From assembly GCA_963786955.1 (NCBI GenBank), contig CAWBAT010000005.1, forward strand, positions 650,860-714,859: a stretch of 64,000 nt of DNA, read 5' to 3'. The notes under the pieces are model-generated. The model was not told the DNA's origin and did no database searches. It worked only from the letters and a program-made list of their open reading frames with translations. A program made the position numbers and the translations under genes. Each line of letters starts with the position of its first letter. Position 1 is the first letter of the stretch. The DNA comes from an uncultured Acidimicrobiia bacterium (GTDB taxonomy: Bacteria; Acidobacteriota; Terriglobia; Versatilivoradales; Versatilivoraceae). Positions 32,020-41,429 of this stretch are shown here, in pieces.

Positions 32020-33654
32020 CTACTTCGAACCGCCGCCTTCCTTCAGCTGCTGAAATACTTCATCCATGTTGAAGCTGGCCGCCTTCTGCCGCTGCGGGTA
32101 GTCCTTGAATGTCATCAGAAACTGGCCCACATACGCCTGCGCAGGGACCAACAAGAAGGCGTGATCCAGCAGCCAGTCGTAGTAGGTGTTCGACGTGATG
32201 TCCGCCCGTTCATACGGATCCGTCCGGAGATTGAAGATCTTCGGGACCCGCAAGCTGGTGAACGGGTTCGCCCAGATCAACATCGTTCCAGGGGCCCGCT
32301 GCTCCATGAATGCAAGCTTCCAATTGTCGTAGCGCAACCCGGTCAATTGCTGGTCGTCGTTGATGTACAGGAACGATTCCCGCGGGCTCTTCGCGGCTTG
32401 CCCGGTCAGGTAAGGGACGAGGTTGTCGCCGTCAAGGTGAACCTTGTACGTCCTGTCTCCAACCTTGTAGCCCTTGAGCAGCTCGTCCTTAATCTGCGTG
32501 TCGCCGGCCATGGCCACAAAGGTCGGCAGCCAATCGAGGTGGGCGACGATGTCGTTGGACACACTGCCTGGCTTGATCTTGCCCGGCCATCGGACCATGG
32601 CGGGCACCCGGTAGGCCCCTTCCCAGTTCGAGTTCTTCTCGCTGCGAAACGGCGTCATGGCTCCGTCTGGCCAGCTGTTCATGTGCGGACCGTTGTCGGT
32701 TGAGTACATGACGAACGTATTGTCCGCAATGCCCAGGTCATCCAGCACCTTGAGGACCGTGCCGACATTCTTGTCGTGGTCGATCATGGTGTCGTGGTAC
32801 GGGCTCTGCCAGCGCCCCGACTGGCCGATGCTCTCCGGCTTGGTGTGGGTGCGAAAGTGCATGTGGGAGAAGTTCACCCAAACAAAAGCCGGCTTGCCGG
32901 CCTTGTTCTGCCGCTGGATGAAGTCCACGGCCCGGTTGGCAACGTCATCGTCAATCGTTTCCATCCGCTTCTTGGTCAAGGGACCAGTGTCAGTGCACAC
33001 CTGCTTGCCGACCTTGCCGAAGCGCGGGTCGACGGTCGTGTCGTCCTTGTCCGAGGCCTTGCAGTCCAGCACGCCGCGCGGGCCAAACTTGGCATGGAAT
33101 GCCGGGTCTTTCGGATAGTCCGGCAGTTCCGGCTCTTCCTCGGCGTTGAGGTGATACAGGTTGCCGTAGAACTCGTCAAAGCCGTGGACGGTAGGCAGAT
33201 ACTCGTTGCGGTCGCCCAGGTGATTCTTGCCGAACTGGCCAGTGGCATAGCCTTGTGCCTTCAACAGCTCGGCAATCGTCGGGTCTTCCTTTTGCAACCC
33301 TACCGTAGCGCCCGGCAGGCCGACCTTCGTCAGACCAGTGCGCAAGCCGGACTGGCCGGTGATGAACGAAGCGCGACCGGCGGTGCAACTCTGCTCGGCA
33401 TAGTAGTCGGTGAAGATCATGCCTTCTTTCGCAACACGGTCAATGTTAGGTGTGTGAAAGCCCATCAGTCCCATCGAGTAGGCACTGATATCAGATTGGC
33501 CGATGTCATCACCCCAGATGATGAGGATGTTGGGTTTTTTGTCAGCGGCCTGCGCCGAAGCGAGGACGCCCCATGTCAGCCCGAAGGCCAGTAAGAGGTT
33601 CTTGAAGATAGTTTGTTTCATGGATGTTTCCTTTCGTTTTGGATTGGCCTTCAA
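32020..33654 (-). CDS. sulfatase (Cys-type, C-T-A-G-R), secreted
   Basis: 544 aa with signal peptide. ILIIWGDDIGQSDISAY…CTAGRASFITGQ sulfatase signature, plus …GKNHLGD…. Confidence 0.9.
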   Translation of the reverse strand: MKANPKRKETSMKQTIFKNLLLAFGLTWGVLASAQAADKKPNILIIWGDDIGQSDISAYSMGLMGFHTPNIDRVAKEGMIFTDYYAEQSCTAGRASFITGQSGLRTGLTKVGLPGATVGLQKEDPTIAELLKAQGYATGQFGKNHLGDRNEYLPTVHGFDEFYGNLYHLNAEEEPELPDYPKDPAFHAKFGPRGVLDCKASDKDDTTVDPRFGKVGKQVCTDTGPLTKKRMETIDDDVANRAVDFIQRQNKAGKPAFVWVNFSHMHFRTHTKPESIGQSGRWQSPYHDTMIDHDKNVGTVLKVLDDLGIADNTFVMYSTDNGPHMNSWPDGAMTPFRSEKNSNWEGAYRVPAMVRWPGKIKPGSVSNDIVAHLDWLPTFVAMAGDTQIKDELLKGYKVGDRTYKVHLDGDNLVPYLTGQAAKSPRESFLYINDDQQLTGLRYDNWKLAFMEQRAPGTMLIWANPFTSLRVPKIFNLRTDPYERADITSNTYYDWLLDHAFLLVPAQAYVGQFLMTFKDYPQRQKAASFNMDEVFQQLKEGGGSK

Positions 33655-34135
33655 CCGGAATTTCCATTTTGAGTTTTCTGACGGGAACTAGTGGACGATA
33701 TCAGAAGGAATGGAACAACTGTGAGTACACTGAAGCACATACTCAGCGTGGGGAAGACAAATTTAATCATAGCAGATCAACCCTTAGAATCACTTACATC
33801 TATCAATCCACGGTGCGAAGGGCTAGCTGAGGTAGACTTTCGTTTCAGGTCGAAGCCCAAACTTTCGTCCAACTCGCGCACGAGAACCAAGCCACCGTCG
33901 GAGGTGATTTGTGATCCCTGAATACCGATCTTCAGGAAAGCTATTGAAGGAGAGCTGAAAGGGTTGGTTTTGTTTCTCAGCCATTAGTTGTGGGCCTCCA
34001 GAGCGTGTTCTTTGCGTCGCAATCCGCAAAAATTAAAGACGTTCGAAGGCCCCATAAGGTTGTCAATAGCTACTTCACAATGAAAATCTGGGCTTATGCA
34101 TCACCGCTGAGGCAGGCAGTTGCGGGAAAAACGCC

Positions 34136-35872
34136 TCACCCCTGCGTGGTTTTTGGAACACGCTTCCGGTCTCCCATTCTCGACTGAACTTCTCTATGGA
34201 AGAGGGCCCGAAACAAGTCAAATTGAGCTCTGTAGAGCTTCCACTTCTTCCGCTGAAAGAAAGCCAGGCTGGAGCATACCAGCGCCCTGGCTAATCGGAA
34301 TGAGATCTCTCCATTGACATTCAGCAACCAGGGATCCTCCCACTTCAGAGGTCCCACCCCCTTCTTACCCAGAGGGGTGAGTAATACAACCTTCCGGATG
34401 GTCTTTTCCGGAAGAAATCGATAATTGTGGTTCCACCCTTGCCCACTCAGCCCCAAGGGCCCGGCACCCCATGGCAACGACGTTGCGAAGGCAACACCCG
34501 GGTAAATATTGATGCCGACAACTCCATGTCGGAGTTCTGTGGCAAATCGTTTCACTTCCGGATTAGAGGGATCAGAGGTGAAGACGGAGATGCCTAAATC
34601 ACCGGCCAATGCAGAGGAATTGGCAAACTCTAAGGCCTTCTCGAGGAAGGAATCATCAGGCAGAGTCAACAGAGCTGCCACCGGACCGAAGGCCTCTTCG
34701 CGAAGAAAAAGAGCATCCCTGTCAATACCTGCAATCAGTGTCACTGGGAATCCTCTGTCTTTAGCTTTCGGGTGAATTGGGATGACCTCGGCTCCTGCCA
34801 GATGCAGTTCTTCAAGCTTCGCCTGCAGACGATCGGCTGACGGATGATCAATAAGTAAACGGTCTCCGTGATGTTCTCCTTCCCGGCGGGCGGCCAAAGA
34901 AATCTCTTCACAAAGCACTGCCTTAAAAGATTGGCAGTAAGAGTCGGGTATGACGATGAGCTGAAAACTGACACAATGTTGACCGTTGTTTGCCAGCATT
35001 CCATAAGCTGCTTGGCGTGCCACCTGCCGCATTCCCTCCCGCTGCGAAAAGACGTCTGGAAGAACGAGAGCTGCGGTAACGCCTCCCAATTCCGATGTGA
35101 CCCTTTTGGAGCCAGCAGCTCGCGTGATAGCACTTCCAGTCTGAACGCTCCCCGTGACGTGGATATGATCAAACTCAGGCTGTTCCACGAGCCAGGCGCC
35201 CACCTCGGGTCCGCCATATACAAAACTCAAGGCATTCGAGTCAACAAATGGGGCAAAAATTTTCTCCAGGTAAGGCCCACTAAAGCCAACCTTCTCAGAA
35301 ACCTTGGCAATAACTCGAAGTCCCCTATAGCAGAGCAAGTGGACTATATCCAGCGCCCCGATGCTGACCAGATTAAAAGGAAGGAGGCAGAGTGCAATAC
35401 CCTTACTTGGCTTTGCTTCATCTGTCGGAGCCTCTTTAGGCTGCAACGTGAGGTGATCCTCGGGTCGATTAAACACGACATATCCGGTGACACCCGGAAG
35501 CAGCATCTTCTCCAGTCGATTTGCGGGAAGAATGCGAGAAGCAGGAAAGCCGCCAAAGTCGGTCAGCGAGGGAGAGACCGCCTGCTTCAAATATTGTTCC
35601 AAGGTTTGAGCTGGATTGGCACTCTTCAGAGATTCAGAAATGGAGAGAATTCCCCAGACAGACGGAAACACAGTCTCAAAATAGACCTCCGCAGGAGTGA
35701 TCCCCATTCGTTCGGCCGTCTCATATGCTAAAGGGTCACCGTAAAAAAGGAATAGTTCGGCGACTCTCTCAAGCAAAGAGGAAATCTCACCAACGGACTT
35801 GAGACGCCAGGCAGATGAAGCTTCCGCGTCTACTAGAATTTTGAGGGTGTTATTCAGAGAAGAATGGCTCAT
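34136..35872 (-). CDS. aldehyde dehydrogenase superfamily protein (divergent; N-terminal extension)
   Basis: 578 aa with ELGG (SELGGVTAAL) and a catalytic-Cys context NGQHCVSFQ, plus …EEAFGPVAAL…. The annotated start abuts the tRNA 3' end (6 nt), so the true start may be internal. Confidence 0.55.
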   Translation of the reverse strand: MSHSSLNNTLKILVDAEASSAWRLKSVGEISSLLERVAELFLFYGDPLAYETAERMGITPAEVYFETVFPSVWGILSISESLKSANPAQTLEQYLKQAVSPSLTDFGGFPASRILPANRLEKMLLPGVTGYVVFNRPEDHLTLQPKEAPTDEAKPSKGIALCLLPFNLVSIGALDIVHLLCYRGLRVIAKVSEKVGFSGPYLEKIFAPFVDSNALSFVYGGPEVGAWLVEQPEFDHIHVTGSVQTGSAITRAAGSKRVTSELGGVTAALVLPDVFSQREGMRQVARQAAYGMLANNGQHCVSFQLIVIPDSYCQSFKAVLCEEISLAARREGEHHGDRLLIDHPSADRLQAKLEELHLAGAEVIPIHPKAKDRGFPVTLIAGIDRDALFLREEAFGPVAALLTLPDDSFLEKALEFANSSALAGDLGISVFTSDPSNPEVKRFATELRHGVVGINIYPGVAFATSLPWGAGPLGLSGQGWNHNYRFLPEKTIRKVVLLTPLGKKGVGPLKWEDPWLLNVNGEISFRLARALVCSSLAFFQRKKWKLYRAQFDLFRALFHREVQSRMGDRKRVPKTTQG

Positions 35873-35877
35873 TGGGT

Positions 35878-35975
35878 TGGCGGAGGCGAATGGGAATCGA
35901 ACCCACCTATCGCAACAAAGTTACGACACGCTGGTTTTGAAGACCAGGAGAGTCACCAGGCCCTCTGCACCTCCG
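35878..35975 (-). tRNA. selC: tRNA-Sec candidate (anticodon UCA), class II with a long variable arm
   Basis: Reverse-complement reads CGGAGGUG-C-AGAGGGCCUGGUGACUCUC-CUGGU-CUUCAAA-ACCAG-C-GUG-UCGUAAC-UUU-GUUGCGA-UA-GGUGGG-UUCGAUU-CCCAUU-CGCCUCCG-CCA. Anticodon loop CUUCAAA (U33, UCA, A37) is identical to E. coli selC. It has an 8-bp-capable acceptor, 5-bp T-stem and TTCGATT T-loop, 7-bp variable stem, and encoded CCA. About 97 nt. Confidence 0.65.
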
Positions 35976-36068
35976 GGTTGACTATAGCATATCGAAAGGC
36001 AACGCCGGGATCATCTTGTGGTCTTCACTTAGAGGTTGTTTTTGTCCTGAATCCTGCCTACCCTAAGA

Positions 36069-36704
36069 ATGTTTACTCTGGGGAGGAGGATTATGGTAGA
36101 GGAGCTTGTATTAGCGTTCCCGCGTAAAATATTGGATGAGATCGGGGATTTCCAGGGGATTGAATTCAATGTCGCACGCTACATTCCCGCCATCCTTGAC
36201 AAGACTAACTGCCGTTTCCTACCTCGCGCCGCGGCGGAAAGTGACCCGAGCTACAAACAAATTATTTCCTACGTGTTGATTCGAAAGGGAAATGCCTGGT
36301 TGCATTATGTAAGGGGTAAAGCTTCAGGGGAAAAGCGCTTGGTCGCTAAGAGCTCGATCGGGATTGGAGGCCATATCAATCCACATGACCAGAGCCTCTT
36401 TGATAGCGGGTTGGATTTTTATGAAACAGCCGTCCAGCGGGAACTCCGGGAAGAACTGCGAATGGATGGAGTTTTTAAAACCCAGGTCGTTGCCCTGCTC
36501 AATGACGATTCCAGTGCGGTGGGGCAGGTTCATTTGGGGATAGTCCATCTTTGCACATTAACCGATGAAATCGTGTCAAAAGGCGAAGCCAGCCTCACGG
36601 GATTAGCATTTTTGACTCAGGAAGAGTTATTGAAACGTAAGGAACAAATGGAGACGTGGTCTCAGTTTTGCTTGGATCACCTGGAGAAAATTGGGGGAGC
36701 CTGA
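36069..36704 (+). CDS. NUDIX hydrolase
   Basis: Nudix box GGHINPHDQSLFDSGLDFYETAVQRELREELRMDG (Gx5Ex7REUxEExGU). 211 aa; the start may be the internal MVEELV at 36093. Confidence 0.7.
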   Translation: MFTLGRRIMVEELVLAFPRKILDEIGDFQGIEFNVARYIPAILDKTNCRFLPRAAAESDPSYKQIISYVLIRKGNAWLHYVRGKASGEKRLVAKSSIGIGGHINPHDQSLFDSGLDFYETAVQRELREELRMDGVFKTQVVALLNDDSSAVGQVHLGIVHLCTLTDEIVSKGEASLTGLAFLTQEELLKRKEQMETWSQFCLDHLEKIGGA

Positions 36705-36710
36705 GTAAGT

Positions 36711-36736
36711 CGCGCTCGGCGAGCGCGCCCTACCAA
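36711..36736. repeat. 26-nt palindromic direct repeat, copy 1 (cgcgctcggcgagcgcgccctaccaa)
   Basis: Identical to the copy at 36827-36852. Internal near-perfect palindrome cgcgctc-ggc-gagcgcg. Lies 7 nt after the NUDIX stop. Confidence 0.6.
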
Positions 36737-36780
36737 TAGCGTCAACCAATAGCAGTTGAGGCATGGGCACGATCAAGGTA

Positions 36781-36802
36781 GGGCGGTCTCGCTGAGACCG
36801 CC
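36781..36802. repeat. hairpin gggcggtctc-gct-gagaccgcc between the two 26-nt repeats
   Basis: Perfect 9-bp inverted repeat (ggcggtctc / gagaccgcc) around a gct loop. Confidence 0.5.
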
Positions 36803-36826
36803 ATTTCAATTTATAGATTCCTTCGG

Positions 36827-36852
36827 CGCGCTCGGCGAGCGCGCCCTACCAA
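36827..36852. repeat. 26-nt palindromic direct repeat, copy 2
   Basis: Exact second copy. Ends 34 nt before the enoyl-CoA hydratase start codon. Confidence 0.6.
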
Positions 36853-36886
36853 AGGGCCGTCACCTCTTTTCACAAAGGAAAACACC

Positions 36887-37660
36887 ATGCACTTTGAAAA
36901 CATCATCATCCGCCGCGAAAGTGCTGTCGCCATCCTCCAACTGAACCGGCCCAAAGTCCTTAATGCCCTGAATGCCTTGATGATGGCTGAACTGTGCGAA
37001 GCTTTAGAAAGCCTCGACCGGGATGAGACCGTTCGCTGCCTGATTCTCACCGGCGATGAGAAGTCCTTTGCTGCAGGAGCCGATATCCGGGAATTAGTGG
37101 GTGCCGGCTCAATCGAGATCATGCAAAAAAACACGGTCGCCCTATGGACAAGGGTTCAAGCCATTGGCAAACCCCTCATTGCCGCTGTTAGCGGGTATGC
37201 GTTGGGGGGGGGATGCGAATTGGCGCTTGCTTGTGACATGATCGTTGCTTCGGAAGACGCTCGATTTGGGCAGCCGGAAATTAACATCGGGGTTATTCCT
37301 GGGGCAGGCGGAACCCAGAGGTTAGCGAGAATTCTGGGGAAACATAAGGCCATGGAATTGGTCCTGACGGGACGGACCCTCACAGCTCGAGAGGCCCTAC
37401 AAATGGGGTTGGTAAACAGAGTAGTTTCCGATGGATCCTGCCTGGAAGAGGCCAGGAAACTGGCGATCGAGATCAGTGAAAAGTCACCATTAGCCGTCAA
37501 GCTGGCCAAGGAAGCGATTCTCAAAGCTCAAGAATGCAGCTTGAGAGAAGGTATCGAATTTGAACGAAAATGTTTTTTCCTTTTGTTCAGCTCGGAGGAT
37601 CAGAAGGAGGGAATGAATGCTTTTTTGGAAAAAAGAAAGCCAGATTTCAAGGGAAGATGA
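36887..37660 (+). CDS. enoyl-CoA hydratase/isomerase (crotonase)
   Basis: 257 aa with ILQLNRPKVLNALN…LILTGDEKSFAAGADIRE…GGGCELALACDMIVASEDARFGQPEINIGVIPGAGGTQRL, the canonical crotonase fold motifs. Confidence 0.9.
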   Translation: MHFENIIIRRESAVAILQLNRPKVLNALNALMMAELCEALESLDRDETVRCLILTGDEKSFAAGADIRELVGAGSIEIMQKNTVALWTRVQAIGKPLIAAVSGYALGGGCELALACDMIVASEDARFGQPEINIGVIPGAGGTQRLARILGKHKAMELVLTGRTLTAREALQMGLVNRVVSDGSCLEEARKLAIEISEKSPLAVKLAKEAILKAQECSLREGIEFERKCFFLLFSSEDQKEGMNAFLEKRKPDFKGR

Positions 37661-38659
37661 ATGGATTGCCAAATGCCAAATGCCGATTGTCGATTGTCAA
37701 TCACCCATCTGACTGCTTATTCCAAATGCCTCTTGATTGTGATGCTTTGTTCCTTCATTTCCGGGTGTGGTCATCCCGAGAAGCAAGCCCCTGCCGAGAC
37801 AATTGCAAAGATCCGTTTTTCTGCATTTCAAGACGGCGAGATCTGGATTCGCCATTCCGTTATTCAGCTTCGCTTCGATCCAGACATGTATTGCAAAATC
37901 TTCCTGAATGAAAAAGGTGGATTACAATCCTTCGTGGACATTCCCCCCGACAAGGAGAAGGCTAGGCCGGCACAATTCGTCTCGGTCAATGGAAAAGAAT
38001 TAAGAGATTTTCATATTGACTATGCCAATATTGGAGTCTCGGACATTGGAACTCAGTATGGGATTGGGAGGCGTTTGCACTTGACTGGGCTTGCAAGAAC
38101 GACGGACGGGATCATTATCAGAAAGGAGTTGAAGATTGACCTCTACAATGACTTCCCCGAATTGGCTTTCGTATCCTGCCTGTTTCGCAATATCGACAAA
38201 TCAAGGCCTGTTCAGCTCACCACAATTGTTGACAATTTTTTCCGTCTCAACGCAAATCGCGTCAATTCTAGCCTCCGACCTTATGATTTCATTTTTTTTC
38301 ATGGAGGAATGGAAAGGCAAAGCAGCGGCTCAAAACTGATTGAAAATTTTACGCAAACCGTCCTCTATGAATTCAAACGGGAGCCCCATGCAGACTCCTT
38401 CCCGTTTTTCGATTTCTGGAATGAGCAAATGGGGATGGCGGTTGGGTCTCTCACGGCGGAACTGACTGGGGGTGAGCTTCGAGTCATGATCGATTCAGAT
38501 AAACGTGTCGAAGCAGGCGTTTACTACGAAACAGCCCGAACTCTCGGCCCGGAAGAAGGCATTTCGACTCCGAAGTGCATTTGGATGGTTCATCGTGGAG
38601 ACTTCTTATCTCCTTTCAAGAGATACCAAGAACTGGCACTTCGAGCTGAGCGAAAATAA
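37661..38659 (+). CDS. lipoprotein of unknown function
   Basis: 332 aa. Lipobox-like LCSFISGC after a hydrophobic stretch. No other recognised motif. Confidence 0.45.
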   Translation: MDCQMPNADCRLSITHLTAYSKCLLIVMLCSFISGCGHPEKQAPAETIAKIRFSAFQDGEIWIRHSVIQLRFDPDMYCKIFLNEKGGLQSFVDIPPDKEKARPAQFVSVNGKELRDFHIDYANIGVSDIGTQYGIGRRLHLTGLARTTDGIIIRKELKIDLYNDFPELAFVSCLFRNIDKSRPVQLTTIVDNFFRLNANRVNSSLRPYDFIFFHGGMERQSSGSKLIENFTQTVLYEFKREPHADSFPFFDFWNEQMGMAVGSLTAELTGGELRVMIDSDKRVEAGVYYETARTLGPEEGISTPKCIWMVHRGDFLSPFKRYQELALRAERK

Positions 38660-39009
38660 CAATATTTTCTTCCTCAGCCTTTATGGAATGCCATTACTGG
38701 GTTCGTCCTGAAATGGTAAGGGATCCAGCCAGTTCCATCTTAAGCGATCTCGCAACCCCCCCCAGAATCTACAGCTCCCTCAGCAAACAAGATCCTCCTT
38801 ACAAACCTGAAAGGGCTCAGGATGACTGGTTCGAAGGCCCGGTCGTATCTTTTTAACCTTCGATAAAGAAACCGCATAGATTGTGGCTCTCATTCACAGG
38901 GTGTAGAGCCTATTCCATAAGGGTGACCTAGGTTGCCAGGGAAATGGGCCAAGAGTGTCTGCAAGGCGTATTGGGGAATAGAATTGAGGGATATGGCTAT
39001 GCTAATCGT

Positions 39010-39495
39010 CTAGTTTGAGGCGGATTTGCGTTTATATTGACTCTTATTTCCCGGATCGACAGAAGCCTTGGGTCGGTCTTCATGAATATTTGATTCGGTC
39101 TGATTGCCTAGCTTTTCAGTGGCGTTCGGGTCTTGGATTAAATTCAAATCTGCTAAGTCCGCCGATGTCAAATAGGGACTGATAGACAAAGACCCATGCT
39201 TTTCAGGCGATGTCTTCCTTCTTCTTCTTTCCTTAATCAGATTTTTATCAATGAGTGCATCGATCACCTGGTGCTTGCTGGCATCGAGAACAATGCAGAT
39301 ATCTTTGATAGTGAGGTTCTGATTGGCGAAAAGATTACAGATTGTCAACTTGCGCTTGGTGACCGGGTCCATATGCATGAGGTTATCAGGCAAATCAAAC
39401 TTCTCATTGGTTTTCTTAAAACCTTCGATCGTATAATTGTCTAAGAAGGCAATCAGCACATGCATCCAAAGCCTTCTGAACGTCCTTGCGAACAT
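39010..39495 (-). CDS. hypothetical protein in an AT-rich (about 38-40% GC) block
   Basis: 161-aa ORF, the only long ORF in the AT-rich interval 38700-40080. Basic, lysine-rich C-terminus. No recognised domain. Confidence 0.3.
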   Translation of the reverse strand: MFARTFRRLWMHVLIAFLDNYTIEGFKKTNEKFDLPDNLMHMDPVTKRKLTICNLFANQNLTIKDICIVLDASKHQVIDALIDKNLIKERRRRKTSPEKHGSLSISPYLTSADLADLNLIQDPNATEKLGNQTESNIHEDRPKASVDPGNKSQYKRKSASN

Positions 39496-40068
39496 CTTAC
39501 CTCTCCCGTCTTTCTATCTCAATGATTCTCACCCATTCGTATGGAAAATTAATGGCAAGCGGAGCTATGTTATTAACTCAAATGAACGGACAACCTCTAC
39601 GAATTATTCTAGCAACCCAATAACTAAATATTCTACATGGAAAACAATAACCCAGATTGGCATAGTGTAACACACTATGTGCTTCCTGTGAATTTTGAAA
39701 AATTTCGTATATCTAAGATTCTAAATCTATTATCAAATTCCAGCTCATCCGTTTGCCAAAGATTTCACTAAGAATGGAAAAACTTTCCTAGGTTTGACAG
39801 AGGGTAAATACCAACCCAGTAATGACATCAAAATGAAGAACAAGGAAAATCAGAGGGGAGAAACTTCCGTATCGCGGTCTAGACCCAAGAACCACGAGGT
39901 TGAGAGAATATCCTGCAATATCAATCAATCAATGAGATTTTGGGAATCTGTCGACCTAATCGCAGGTTCGCTCCAATATTCTTCCTGGCAATATTCTGAA
40001 ACGCATTATTAAAGCTTTCAAGGAGAAGATCGGTGCATCCTTCTTCGACGCATCAATTTCCTTTTCAA

Positions 40069-40096
40069 TTGCCTCTTTGTTCTCCCTTTGTATAAT
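40069..40096 (+). promoter_or_regulatory. sigma-70 type promoter candidate for gmd
   Basis: TTGCCT (40069-40074), 16 nt, then TATAAT (40091-40096). GGAGAGAAG RBS before the ATG at 40122. Confidence 0.4.
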
Positions 40097-40121
40097 GGCT
40101 CTTGAAACTGGAGAGAAGTCT

Positions 40122-41174
40122 ATGGCAAAGCGCGCTTTGATCACGGGGGTTACGGGCCAAGATGGGTCTTATCTGACAGAATTCCTATTGTCCAAAGGTT
40201 ACGAGGTTCACGGAATAAAGCGCCGCTCGAGCAGTTTCAACACGGAGCGGATTGATCATCTTTATCATGATTGGCACGAAGCCAACATTTGCCTCGTTCT
40301 TCACTATGGAGACTTAACGGATGGCTCTAGTTTGCGATCTGTAATTTCACAGGTTCAACCTGACGAAATTTACAACTTAGGGGCACAATCCCATGTTCGT
40401 ATCAGTTTTGACCAGCCGGTATACACAGTCGAGACCGATGCCTTAGGGACGCTGATATTGCTGGAAGCAATCCGGGATGCCTGCCCGAAAGCACGCTATT
40501 ACCAGGCTGGGAGCAGTGAAATGTTCGGGAACATCCAAGAAATTCCACAAAGAGAAACGACTCCTTTTTATCCGCGAAGTCCCTATGGTTGTGCCAAGGT
40601 CTTCGCCCATTGGCAGACCGTGAATTATCGGGAAGCTTACGGCCTGTTTGCCTGTAACGGAATCTTGTTTAACCACGAATCCCCACGCCGTGGAGAGACG
40701 TTTGTGACCCGTAAAATCACTCGTGCTGCCACCCGAATCAAAGAGGGCTTGCAGGAGACCCTCTATCTGGGAAATCTCGAGGCCAAAAGAGACTGGGGTT
40801 TTGCGGGGGATTACGTCGAAGCCATGTGGCAGATGCTTCAACAGGAGCAACCGGGTGATTTCGTGATTGCCACGGGAGAAACCCATACTGTCCGCGAGTT
40901 CGTCGAAGTTACTTTTTCGCTCCTTAGCTTAGATTGGGAAAATCACGTTCGAATTGATCCTCTGTACTTTAGGCCAACTGAGGTAGACATCTTGCAAGGA
41001 GACAGCCGGAAAGCCCGTGAAAAATTCAACTGGCGCCCTCGGATCAACTTTCGCCAGTTGATAGAAATGATGGTCGAATCCGACTGGAAGCTGGCGAGAA
41101 AAGAAAAACTCATCCGAGAAAACAGGGGGGCCATTTCCGAGGGTACCATTAGCCCAGCAGCTGATTTGCAGTAA
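40122..41174 (+). CDS. gmd: GDP-mannose 4,6-dehydratase
   Basis: [48 protein letters not shown]…, plus …[47 protein letters not shown]…. This is the near-universal GMD sequence. Confidence 0.9.
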   Translation: MAKRALITGVTGQDGSYLTEFLLSKGYEVHGIKRRSSSFNTERIDHLYHDWHEANICLVLHYGDLTDGSSLRSVISQVQPDEIYNLGAQSHVRISFDQPVYTVETDALGTLILLEAIRDACPKARYYQAGSSEMFGNIQEIPQRETTPFYPRSPYGCAKVFAHWQTVNYREAYGLFACNGILFNHESPRRGETFVTRKITRAATRIKEGLQETLYLGNLEAKRDWGFAGDYVEAMWQMLQQEQPGDFVIATGETHTVREFVEVTFSLLSLDWENHVRIDPLYFRPTEVDILQGDSRKAREKFNWRPRINFRQLIEMMVESDWKLARKEKLIRENRGAISEGTISPAADLQ

Positions 41175-41429
41175 TTACCGAATCCCTTCCGCACTATGAC
41201 AAACTTCAAGTCGGAATGATTTGTTTAGAGGCAATCTGAAATATTGCCCCATCTTAGTAACCCATCACGTGGGCCGGAGCATTGAGAAACCCCAAACCGA
41301 CAATGAACTCATACCTGTTTGGAACCGGTCGAGTATTTTCACAGGAACGGCCGACGCTTCGCCACCAAACTGCAGAACGCGTGTCTAGCTCAGTTCTATG
41401 GATGTTGGAAGGAGATAGAGGAATAAAGC

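Noticed and set aside
31008-33594. Plus-strand ORFs 31008-31622, 31456-31920, 32005-32703, 32776-33594 opposite the HAD hydrolase and second sulfatase
   Set aside because: Same GC-driven antisense open frames. No conserved motifs.
25800-35875. Whole 25.8-35.9 kb interval as a single selC-integrated island
   Set aside because: Only 25.9-33.7 kb has foreign composition and the ALDH gene next to the tRNA has native GC. No integrase was found, and no convincing direct repeat of the tRNA 3' end lies near 25.8-26.0 kb. A 7-mer ggaatcg match at 25830 is too weak. Kept only as a hypothesis under the tRNA finding.
35878-35975. Alternative identity tRNA-Ser/Leu for the class-II tRNA
   Set aside because: The anticodon triplet in the 7-nt loop is UCA (reads UGA). 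tRNA-Ser(UGA anticodon) would read CTTGAAA here, not CTTCAAA. The loop is identical to selC.
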